DNA of 64,000 nucleotides from a virus: IMG/VR virus record IMGVR_UViG_3300045988_120820, positions 1 to 64,000 of that record; one strand, 5' to 3'. Shown piece by piece: positions 54,132 to 62,105 of this stretch (position 1 is its first letter; each line of letters starts with the position of its first letter). The notes under the pieces were generated by a model. It saw only the letters and a program-made list of their open reading frames with translations, ran no database searches and was not told where the DNA came from. The position numbers and the translations under genes were made by a program.

Positions 54132-56246
54132 ATGGAAAAGTTGAGAATGTTAAGTTTATTTAGTGGGATAGGTGCATTTGAAAAAGCATTGAATAATATA
54201 GGTGTTGATTATGAATTGGTTAATTATTGTGAAATAGATAAATTTGCCAGTAAATCTTATAGTATAATACATAACGTATCAGAGGAATTAAATTTAAAAG
54301 ATATAACAAAAATAAACATATTTGATTTGCCCAAAAATATAGATATTATAACACATGGGTCACCTTGTTTTACTGGAGATACATTAGTGTTAACCAATGA
54401 TGGTTATAAAGAAATTAAAGATATTGAAATTGGAGACTATGTTTTAGACCATACTAATAATTATAATAAAGTAATCAATTTTATGAATCAAGGTAAAAAA
54501 GAGATTTGGAAAATAAAAGCGATGGGATTGGATGAATTGAAAACAACAGAGAATCATAAATTTTTAGTTAGAAAAAAAAGTAGAGTATGGAATAAGGAAA
54601 CTCAAAGTTACCAAAGGAGTTTTAGTGATTCAAAATGGATTAGATGTGATGAATTAAGTAAAGATTATTATTTAGGAGTAGCTATAAACAATAATAATTC
54701 ATTACCTAACTGGGAAGGTGTGCTATGCACAAGAGGTAAATCGACTTATATTAAAAATAATTTAAAAGAATATTTTGACAATCCGAGATTTTGGTATTTA
54801 TGTGGAAGATATTTAGGTGATGGTTGGACAAGAAGAAGAAAAGATAGAAATAATAATTTGAGTGGAATAATTATTTGTTGTGGAAAACATGAAGATAAAG
54901 GTTTTGAAGATAAAATAAAAGGATTATTTAATTACACAAAAGTAGAAGACAGTACTACGTTTAAATATCAGTTTCCAAATAAAGAATTAGCACATTTTTT
55001 AAACCAATTTGGGAAAGGTGCTATGGGTAAATTTATTCCAAGTTTTGTATTTGACTTACCAGTCGATTTGTTAAAAGGGTTTTTAGATGGATATTTTGAT
55101 GCCGATGGATGTGATATAAATAATGGCAAGAGAGCAACTAGTATAAGTAGGAAATTAATTTATGGGATAGCTCAATGTGTAGCTAAAGCATATAACGCTC
55201 CTTACTCTATATATAAAACAGAAAGACCAAAAAAACATATTATAGAAGGTAGAGAAGTTAATCAAAATGACACATATCAAATAGCATTTAGAAATTCATG
55301 TAATGAAGCTTTTTATGAAGATGGATATATATGGTATCCAATACGAGAGGTTATTAATACTCATAATAAAGATATAACTTATGATATAACGGTTGAAAAT
55401 ACCCATTCTTTTACTGCTAATGGTTGTATAGTACATAATTGTCAAAGCTTTTCAAGTGTAGGGACACAAGATGGAGCTGACGAAGGTAGCGGAACAAAAA
55501 GTAGCTTGATGTGGAATAGCGTTGAGATAATAAAACATTGTAAACCAAAATATGTTATTTGGGAAAACGTAAGGAATGTGTTACATAAAAAACATATACA
55601 TAATTTTCAAAAATATATTGATGTATTAGAAGAGATAGGATATACATCTTATTATAAAGTATTAAATGCTATAGATTATGGAATTCCTCAAAATAGAAGA
55701 CGAATATATTGTATAAGTGTATTAGGTGAACACAAACCTTATGAATTTCCAGAAGAAAAAGAACTTACCATAACATTAAAAGACTTGTTAGAAGAAAATG
55801 TAGATAAAAAATATAATTTATTAAAAACAAAAGATTTTTATATAAATAATAGTTTTAAACAGGAACAAAAAGGAAATACGTTTAAGTTTAGACCTCATGT
55901 TAAAAAGAATGCCAATATAGCATATACTTTAACTACTAAAGCGGGAAGTAGAATGGACGACAATTATATTATTGATATAGATTTGCCATATGAATATATA
56001 GAATATACTAATAAATTTTTATCAAGTAATGATTTATTAGAAAAAATTAATGAAATAAATAACTATGATATAAGAAGGTTAACACCATTAGAATGTTTTA
56101 GATTGATGGGATTTGATGACAAAGATTATTTTAAATTAAAAGAAAATAAAATTAGTGATACTCAACTATATAAACAAGCAGGAAATAGTATTGTCGTTAA
56201 TGTTTTGGAAGAATTATTTGTAAATTTATTATTAAAAAATAATTAA
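54132..56246 (+). CDS. dcm: C5-cytosine DNA methyltransferase precursor containing an intein
   Basis: Motif I LFSGIGAF, motif IV GSP|CQSFS split by the intein, motif VI ENV, motif VIII QNRRR, motif X GNSIVVNV. Confidence 0.85.
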   Translation: MEKLRMLSLFSGIGAFEKALNNIGVDYELVNYCEIDKFASKSYSIIHNVSEELNLKDITKINIFDLPKNIDIITHGSPCFTGDTLVLTNDGYKEIKDIEIGDYVLDHTNNYNKVINFMNQGKKEIWKIKAMGLDELKTTENHKFLVRKKSRVWNKETQSYQRSFSDSKWIRCDELSKDYYLGVAINNNNSLPNWEGVLCTRGKSTYIKNNLKEYFDNPRFWYLCGRYLGDGWTRRRKDRNNNLSGIIICCGKHEDKGFEDKIKGLFNYTKVEDSTTFKYQFPNKELAHFLNQFGKGAMGKFIPSFVFDLPVDLLKGFLDGYFDADGCDINNGKRATSISRKLIYGIAQCVAKAYNAPYSIYKTERPKKHIIEGREVNQNDTYQIAFRNSCNEAFYEDGYIWYPIREVINTHNKDITYDITVENTHSFTANGCIVHNCQSFSSVGTQDGADEGSGTKSSLMWNSVEIIKHCKPKYVIWENVRNVLHKKHIHNFQKYIDVLEEIGYTSYYKVLNAIDYGIPQNRRRIYCISVLGEHKPYEFPEEKELTITLKDLLEENVDKKYNLLKTKDFYINNSFKQEQKGNTFKFRPHVKKNANIAYTLTTKAGSRMDDNYIIDIDLPYEYIEYTNKFLSSNDLLEKINEINNYDIRRLTPLECFRLMGFDDKDYFKLKENKISDTQLYKQAGNSIVVNVLEELFVNLLLKNN
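54366..55439 (+). mobile_element. intein (358 aa) with LAGLIDADG homing-endonuclease domain
   Basis: Starts CFTGDTLVL, ends IVHN followed by +1 Cys; LAGLIDADG blocks GRYLGDGW and LKGFLDGYFDADG; removal restores GSPCQSFS. Confidence 0.85.
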
Positions 56247-56260
56247 AAGGAGGTAATATT

Positions 56261-57487
56261 ATGGAGAATCAATGTGGAGTAACAGTAGTTGATTGCATTT
56301 GTGGCTCTGGAAAAACAAGCTGGGCAATCGATTATATGAATACAAACACAAATAAAAAATTTATTTATATCACACCATATTTAGATGAAGTAGAAAGAGT
56401 GTTGGATGGGTGTATAGATAGAGCTTTCTATGAACCTAAGACTTCAAGAGGTGAGGGGTCTAAACTAAAAGACTTCAATAAATTATTGAGTCAAGGTAAA
56501 AATATCGCTTCAACCCATTCTTTATTTGCTATGGTTAATAATGACACATTAAAATATTTAAAAGAAAACGACTACACATTAATACTTGATGAAGTCTTTG
56601 ATGTTGTCCAACAAATTTCCATTACAGATAGTGATAAAGAAATATTGTTAAAAGATAAAGTTTCAGCAGATGAAAACGGGAGATTGACATGGTTAGATGA
56701 AAAATATAAAGGGACACTTTCAAAATATAGAAGTGCAATTGAACAAGGTGACGTTTATATTTTTGAAGGGCAATTCATGTTATGGACTTTCCCATGCAGG
56801 ATAATGAGTGCACTTTCTAAAACATACATCTTAACATATATGTTTGAAGGACAAATGCAAAAATCATATTATGATATGAATGGAATTGAATATGAATACA
56901 AATCTGTAAAAAATATAAACAACAAATATGAGCTAAGCGAATACAATCGAAATGAAGATTTGTCTGATATAAAAAAATTAATAAACATATGTCAAGATGG
57001 AAAAATAAATAAAATAGGTGAATCCAAAGATAAAAGAAGAAATCCGTTATCTAAATCTTGGTATGATGAACAAGCTAAAAACAATACAGATGCATTTGAT
57101 GTATTGAGTAAAAATATGGTGAACTTTTTTAGAAATATATGTAAAGGTAAATCAAAAGATAATATGTGGACAACATTCAAGGATTATAAATCTAAATGTA
57201 AAGGAGAAGGTTATACCAAAGGATTTGTACCATGTAATGCACGTGCAACAAACGAATATAGACACAAGAAAAATTTAGCATATACAATTAATGCTTTTTA
57301 CAATCCTATGATAATTAAATTTTTTAAGGATAAAAATATCAAAGTAAATGTTGATGCTTGGGGACTAAGCGAATTGATTCAATGGATATTTAGAAGTCAA
57401 TTGAGAGACGGAAAGGAAATTAACTTATACATACCATCCGAAAGAATGAGAGAGTTATTAGAAAAATGGTTAAACAATAAATTTTAA
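56261..57487 (+). CDS. P-loop NTPase (helicase-like core)
   Basis: Walker A CGSGKTS, Walker B LILDEVFD. Confidence 0.5.
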   Translation: MENQCGVTVVDCICGSGKTSWAIDYMNTNTNKKFIYITPYLDEVERVLDGCIDRAFYEPKTSRGEGSKLKDFNKLLSQGKNIASTHSLFAMVNNDTLKYLKENDYTLILDEVFDVVQQISITDSDKEILLKDKVSADENGRLTWLDEKYKGTLSKYRSAIEQGDVYIFEGQFMLWTFPCRIMSALSKTYILTYMFEGQMQKSYYDMNGIEYEYKSVKNINNKYELSEYNRNEDLSDIKKLINICQDGKINKIGESKDKRRNPLSKSWYDEQAKNNTDAFDVLSKNMVNFFRNICKGKSKDNMWTTFKDYKSKCKGEGYTKGFVPCNARATNEYRHKKNLAYTINAFYNPMIIKFFKDKNIKVNVDAWGLSELIQWIFRSQLRDGKEINLYIPSERMRELLEKWLNNKF

Positions 57488-57604
57488 TAAAAACTGATAA
57501 ATTTGTTTTGCAATATTTAAAATACTATAATAAATACGATATATTTTAAAACTAAAAATTAAAGTTTCTTAAGAAATATATATAATAACTGATAAGAGCA
57601 CTGC

Positions 57605-57663
57605 GTGAGCTATTCGTCAAGAGTTTAATTCAAAATCGATTAAACTCTTTCCTCACAATTTTT
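57605..57663 (+). terminator. long compound hairpin, candidate terminator or small structured RNA
   Basis: AAGAGTTTAAT/ATTAAACTCTT 11-bp stem nested in GTGAG/CTCAC, then AATTTTT. Confidence 0.4.
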
Positions 57664-57715
57664 CATTATTCATTAACATTCATAATTCAAATTGATTAAT
57701 AATAAAATTCAAATT

Positions 57716-57778
57716 CATAGGTAATTTTTTATTGATTAATGTTAATATACTAATATGGAAAGGAGTTGATGTAAATTG
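57716..57778 (+). promoter_or_regulatory. phage-specific promoter-like element, copy k
   Basis: CATAGGTAATTTT 57716-57728, N11, TGTTAATAT 57740-57748, AATATGG, SD. Confidence 0.5.
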
Positions 57779-58240
57779 GATGTTATACAAATAAATAGAA
57801 CAGAAATGGTAGATACAATACAGGATTTGTTAAACTGTTGGAGTTTTAATATAAGAAGTGAATATTGCAATTTGATTGACTTATCTAATATAATTCTAAT
57901 TGTATCAGACAGAAATGTAGAAGATACATTAAATAAAATGCTTATTGGTATTAACTCTTATGGAACATCATTGACATATAGCAAAATTAAATGTGAAGAT
58001 TTTTATTTAATTGTGTTGAAATTTTATTTTAATAATTTAGATATCAATTTACATTTACAATTTAGAGTAATATCATATGAAAAATATTTGGAATTAACAT
58101 ATCATTTACAATATAGCTGTGTACTATTTGATATGAATTATAATAAATTCAAAGAGATTGATTTAGATAAGACAAAGAAAATAATTAATAAAGAACCAGA
58201 GAATATGTTTATTAATTATGGTGTTATTAATTTATATTAA
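57776..58240 (+). CDS. hypothetical protein
   Basis: Track ORF, TTG start after AGGAG; holds the only exact intragenic junction-motif copy I saw (58179, read as KIINK). Confidence 0.55.
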   Translation: MDVIQINRTEMVDTIQDLLNCWSFNIRSEYCNLIDLSNIILIVSDRNVEDTLNKMLIGINSYGTSLTYSKIKCEDFYLIVLKFYFNNLDINLHLQFRVISYEKYLELTYHLQYSCVLFDMNYNKFKEIDLDKTKKIINKEPENMFINYGVINLY

Positions 58241-58253
58241 AAGGAGGGATATT

Positions 58254-58556
58254 ATGAAGGGAAAAGTTAAATTAGGAGAAAATAAGTATTGGATGAATTA
58301 TATGGTGAATGTAACTGATAGATATGATTACCGAAAAGTATTTGGATGTTTAACTATAAGTTATGATGAAAATAAAAATAAACAAAAACAACAGATGGGA
58401 ATAATACCTTTTACAAACAAAGACTGTGTAAAAATTAGAAGTGAAAGTGATATAGATATATTATTTTTAAATAAAAAATCAGTAGAAGATATGATTGAAA
58501 ATTTAAAATATATAAGAGATAATACAGATTGGAATTGGAGGGAAAATTATGAATAG
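58254..58556 (+). CDS. hypothetical protein
   Basis: Track ORF 58218; ATG 58254 after AAGGAGGG. Confidence 0.6.
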   Translation: MKGKVKLGENKYWMNYMVNVTDRYDYRKVFGCLTISYDENKNKQKQQMGIIPFTNKDCVKIRSESDIDILFLNKKSVEDMIENLKYIRDNTDWNWRENYE

Positions 58557-58749
58557 AAATTCTAGTTTTAAAAATTTTATAACAGATATTAAGAAAGGGT
58601 AAAGAAATAGAATGTATTGATACACACGATAGATTTAGACTTAAAGGAAGCGATATTCAGATTTATTATCCACTATACAGTCAGTGGAATAGATTTGATG
58701 GGTTTGGTACAACAGAAATAATGAGTAGATGGTATATAAATAATTAAAT

Positions 58750-58809
58750 TCATAGGTAATTTATTTACCACTGATGTTAATATAATAATATGGAGGAGGT
58801 GATAATGTG
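58750..58809 (+). promoter_or_regulatory. phage-specific promoter-like element, copy l
   Basis: CATAGGTAATTTA 58750-58762, N11, TGTTAATAT 58774-58782, AATATGGAGGAGGTG. Confidence 0.5.
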
Positions 58810-58908
58810 AATGATAAACAAAAGAAAGAACTGATAAAATTGCTTAAAGAAATTAATATAAAATATGAAAGAGGACACTTGTTAAAAATAACTAACAAAA
58901 ATAAATAA
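58807..58908 (+). CDS. small ORF (33 aa), doubtful
   Basis: AGGAGGTGATAATGTGAATGAT leader shared with 59173. Confidence 0.3.
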   Translation: MNDKQKKELIKLLKEINIKYERGHLLKITNKNK

Positions 58909-58927
58909 TTAATAAGGAGGAATTATT

Positions 58928-59158
58928 ATGGATATATATCAAGCAAAAGCAAATTATGAAAGATTAGAGGATAAGGTGGCAAAAGCATTAGGTAGTGATA
59001 GATATTTTATAAAGAATGGTAAAGTCGTTAAGATTGACGATGCCTTTGATTTATTTATGGATTTAATTGTTATAAGAGATGCTACAAAAGAAGAAATTGA
59101 ATTATATGAAGAATATCGTAAAGCTGAAGACATTTATAAAGAAATGAAATATAGATAA
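58928..59158 (+). CDS. hypothetical protein
   Basis: Track ORF; SD AAGGAGGA. Confidence 0.6.
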   Translation: MDIYQAKANYERLEDKVAKALGSDRYFIKNGKVVKIDDAFDLFMDLIVIRDATKEEIELYEEYRKAEDIYKEMKYR

Positions 59159-59172
59159 AAGGAGGTGATAAT

Positions 59173-59262
59173 GTGAATGATAGAATACATAAATGGTTTT
59201 ACATAGGTATTTGTTGTTCATTACTTAGTATTTTATTCTTTGTATTAGAAATGATTTTATAA
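59173..59262 (+). CDS. small hydrophobic peptide (29 aa)
   Basis: GTG start after AAGGAGGTGA; ..WFYIGICCSLLSILFFVLEMIL. Confidence 0.35.
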   Translation: MNDRIHKWFYIGICCSLLSILFFVLEMIL

Positions 59263-59289
59263 AAATAATTAATAATAAGGAGTGATGTT

Positions 59290-61548
59290 ATGATAGTTAA
59301 AAAAAGAAATGGGAATATAGTAACATTTGATAAAAACAAAATAATAGTAGCTATTCAAAAAGCAATGTTAGAAGTAAATATAAATACAGATAGAGCTTAT
59401 GATATAACTGAAAAGGTGTTGGATAAAATATCAGATAAAAACGAAATATCTATAGAAGAAATTCAAGATATTATTGAAGAAACTTTAATAGAAAAAAATT
59501 ATCCTACAGTAGCTAAGGCATATATACTTTATAGAGAAAAAAGAAAAAGAACTAGAGAGAACCAAGCTAGACTATATGAAGAATCTCAAAAACAAATATC
59601 AGAAATTATGGCAATGAAAAACATAGAAAATTCAAACGCAAATGTGGATGAGGCTTCATTTAGTGGCAAAAATTCCAAGGTAACTTCTTATTTTTTAAAA
59701 GAATATGCTTTGAATAATTTAATGAGACCAGAGGTTGCAAAGGCACATAGAGATGGTTTATTATACACTCACGATTTAGATAATTATGCAAGTGGGATGC
59801 ATAATTGTTTATTTATAGATTTTGAAGATTTATTTAATAATAAAGGTGGTTTTACAACTAGAAATGGTGATGTAAGAAAACCAAATGATATTATGACATT
59901 TTTTCAATTAGTAGCAGTAACATTTCAATGTGCCTCTCAATGTCAATATGGTGGAATCGCTAGTAATAAAATAGATTATGATGCATCGCCTTATGTAGCT
60001 ATAACCTTTAAAAAAAGTTTTAGAAATGCTTTAATGGATATAGATGGAATAAGTAAAGAACACGCAGAATTAATAATGAAAAATATAGAAGATACCAACG
60101 GAGACATTATAAAATTAGAAAATGAAAAGCTTAAATTATTTTATCCTAAACATTACAAAGTTGCAGAAAGACATACTATAGAAAAAACCATGCAAGGTGC
60201 AGAGTCTTTATACCACAACCTCAATACTCTTGAGTCTAGAGCAGGAAGTCAAGTTCCTTTTACAAGTATAAATTTTGGGACAGACACATCACCAGAAGGA
60301 AGATTAGTATCTAAGGCGTTATTGACAGCTAGTATAAATGGTATTGGTAAATTTAATAAAACATCAATATTCCCAATAAGTATATTTAAATATGCAAAAG
60401 GAATAAATGACAAAGAAGAAACTCCAAACTACGATTTAAAATTATTAGCTTTAGAATCTTTATCAAAAAGAATATATCCTAATTTTTGCAATGTTACAAT
60501 AGAGGGTGAAGGTGATATAAATGACCCAGATACCCAATCAGCAACTATGGGATGTAGGACGAGATTGGGATATGATATAAATGGTATGGGTTGGCACAAA
60601 TCTGGTAGAGGTAATATAACACCTGTAACATTGAATCTTGTTGATATGGGAATTAGATACGGTATTTGTTTAGGTGAAAGAGATGTTGCAGATATTGACG
60701 GATTTATGGATGAATTAGAAGAAAATCTAAAATTATCTGAAACAGCATTATTAGATAGATACGAATGGATTTGTTCTCAAAAATCTAAAAGTGGATTCTT
60801 TACTCATCACAACGGGTTAATGAAGAATCTCTTAGGAAGAACACTGAAAGATGAAGAAGATGTAAAAGAATCGATGAAACATGGCACATTAGCTTTAGGA
60901 TATATAGGAATTGCAGAATGTATGTATGCTATGTTTGGTGAAACTCATACATATAATAAAAATGTTTATAATTTCGCATTAAAAATAGTACAAAGAATCA
61001 ATTCATTTGCAAAAGAGTGTGTAGAAAGAAATCATCTAAATTTTAGTTGTTATGCTACACCAGCAGAAGGAAGTTGTTTTACATTAAGAAATAAATTAGT
61101 CGAAAAATATGGTATTATAAAAGGTGTTACAGATAGAGAATACATAACTAACTCACACCATATACCTGTGTATGAAAAAATATCTATTAAAGACAAAATA
61201 GATTTAGAAGCACCTTTTAGTAAATTAGCAACTGGTGGATATATTTTATATGTTGAATTAGAATCATCTTTTATGAATAATATAACTGCTGTTGAAAAAA
61301 TAATAGATTATGCAATGAGTAAAGATGTTTATTATTTTGCATTAAATTTTCCAATAGATACTTGTATGAATTGTGGATATTCTTCAGAAATAAAAGAAAA
61401 CTGCCCAAAATGTGGCAGTAATAAAATTGAAAGACTTAGACGTGTCACAGGTTATTTAACTACTGATTATTCTAAATTTAACAATGGTAAAATAGCTGAA
61501 GTGGAAGATAGAGTTAAACATTCTGTTGGTGATATTAATGAATATTAG
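59290..61548 (+). CDS. nrdD: anaerobic ribonucleoside-triphosphate reductase NrdD (class III)
   Basis: N-terminal ATP-cone, C-terminal CxxC..CxxC zinc site and glycyl-radical motif RRVTGYL. Confidence 0.9.
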   Translation: MIVKKRNGNIVTFDKNKIIVAIQKAMLEVNINTDRAYDITEKVLDKISDKNEISIEEIQDIIEETLIEKNYPTVAKAYILYREKRKRTRENQARLYEESQKQISEIMAMKNIENSNANVDEASFSGKNSKVTSYFLKEYALNNLMRPEVAKAHRDGLLYTHDLDNYASGMHNCLFIDFEDLFNNKGGFTTRNGDVRKPNDIMTFFQLVAVTFQCASQCQYGGIASNKIDYDASPYVAITFKKSFRNALMDIDGISKEHAELIMKNIEDTNGDIIKLENEKLKLFYPKHYKVAERHTIEKTMQGAESLYHNLNTLESRAGSQVPFTSINFGTDTSPEGRLVSKALLTASINGIGKFNKTSIFPISIFKYAKGINDKEETPNYDLKLLALESLSKRIYPNFCNVTIEGEGDINDPDTQSATMGCRTRLGYDINGMGWHKSGRGNITPVTLNLVDMGIRYGICLGERDVADIDGFMDELEENLKLSETALLDRYEWICSQKSKSGFFTHHNGLMKNLLGRTLKDEEDVKESMKHGTLALGYIGIAECMYAMFGETHTYNKNVYNFALKIVQRINSFAKECVERNHLNFSCYATPAEGSCFTLRNKLVEKYGIIKGVTDREYITNSHHIPVYEKISIKDKIDLEAPFSKLATGGYILYVELESSFMNNITAVEKIIDYAMSKDVYYFALNFPIDTCMNCGYSSEIKENCPKCGSNKIERLRRVTGYLTTDYSKFNNGKIAEVEDRVKHSVGDINEY

Positions 61549-62026
61549 TGGAATAGTGTATGATTCAGTTGTTGATGGAGAAGGTTTAAGAAATACAATA
61601 TTTGTATCGGGCTGTTTTCATTTTTGTAAAAACTGCCATAATCCACAAACATGGGACTTTAATTATGGTTATGAGTTTACAGAAGATTTACAAGATGAAT
61701 TTATAAAAAAATGCAAAGAAAATATTTTATTAAATGGAATAACTATAAGTGGGGGAGACCCTATTTATAGTTATCGAGAATTAATTCCTTTTTTAAAGAA
61801 GTATAAAAAGAAAAATCCCACACACGATATTTGGTTATATACTGGATTCAAATATGAGGGTATAAAAAACAATGAAATATTAAAATTAATAGATGTTTTA
61901 GTTGACGGAGAATATATAGAAGAATTAAAGGATTCAACATTGTCTTTTAGAGGTAGTAGTAATCAAAGAATTATAGACGTGCAAAAAAGTTTAAAAGAAA
62001 ATAAAGTAATATTATTGAATATATAA
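61538..62026 (+). CDS. nrdG: NrdG activating enzyme (radical SAM)
   Basis: MNISGIVYDSVVDGEGLR..GCFHFCKNCHN; 11-nt overlap with nrdD. Confidence 0.85.
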   Translation: MNISGIVYDSVVDGEGLRNTIFVSGCFHFCKNCHNPQTWDFNYGYEFTEDLQDEFIKKCKENILLNGITISGGDPIYSYRELIPFLKKYKKKNPTHDIWLYTGFKYEGIKNNEILKLIDVLVDGEYIEELKDSTLSFRGSSNQRIIDVQKSLKENKVILLNI

Positions 62027-62045
62027 ATTAAAAATAATTAATAAA

Positions 62046-62105
62046 CATAGGTAATTTTTATATCAGTTTTGTTAATACACTAATATAAGAAAAGGAGGTG
62101 ATAAT
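62046..62105 (+). promoter_or_regulatory. phage-specific promoter-like element, copy m (5' part, interrupted by the TnpB element)
   Basis: CATAGGTAATTTT 62046-62058, N11, TGTTAATAC 62070-62078, AATATAAG 62082-62089, AGGAGGTGATAAT to 62105. Confidence 0.5.

Noticed and set aside
238-57180. All minus-strand ORFs in the track (for example 238-423, 383-691, 6988-7203, 22360-22752, 23287-23700, 36965-37390, 43118-43393 and 51760-52119)
   Set aside because: Each lies antisense to a well-supported + strand gene. They have low-complexity I/L/F/S/Y-rich translations typical of antisense frames in AT-rich DNA, lack Shine-Dalgarno sequences and break the strict co-orientation. I treated them as spurious.
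57508-57540. Sigma-A promoter TTGCAA...TATAAT after the P-loop NTPase gene
   Set aside because: The spacer between the best -35 and -10 candidates is 12 nt (or needs a poor TTGTTT -35), so it does not fit the 16-18 nt geometry of the other promoters.
58549-58746. Possible 60-70 aa gene downstream of 58254-58556
   Set aside because: Coding potential is split over two frames, and the second frame runs on through the next promoter element without a sensible stop. I did not annotate it as a CDS and only mention it under the homopolymer frameshift finding.
386-62045. The abundant 15-nt motif as a CRISPR array or other tandem repeat
   Set aside because: The copies are hundreds to thousands of bp apart and irregularly spaced, they sit at gene boundaries and they are too short to be CRISPR repeats. 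No cas genes are present.
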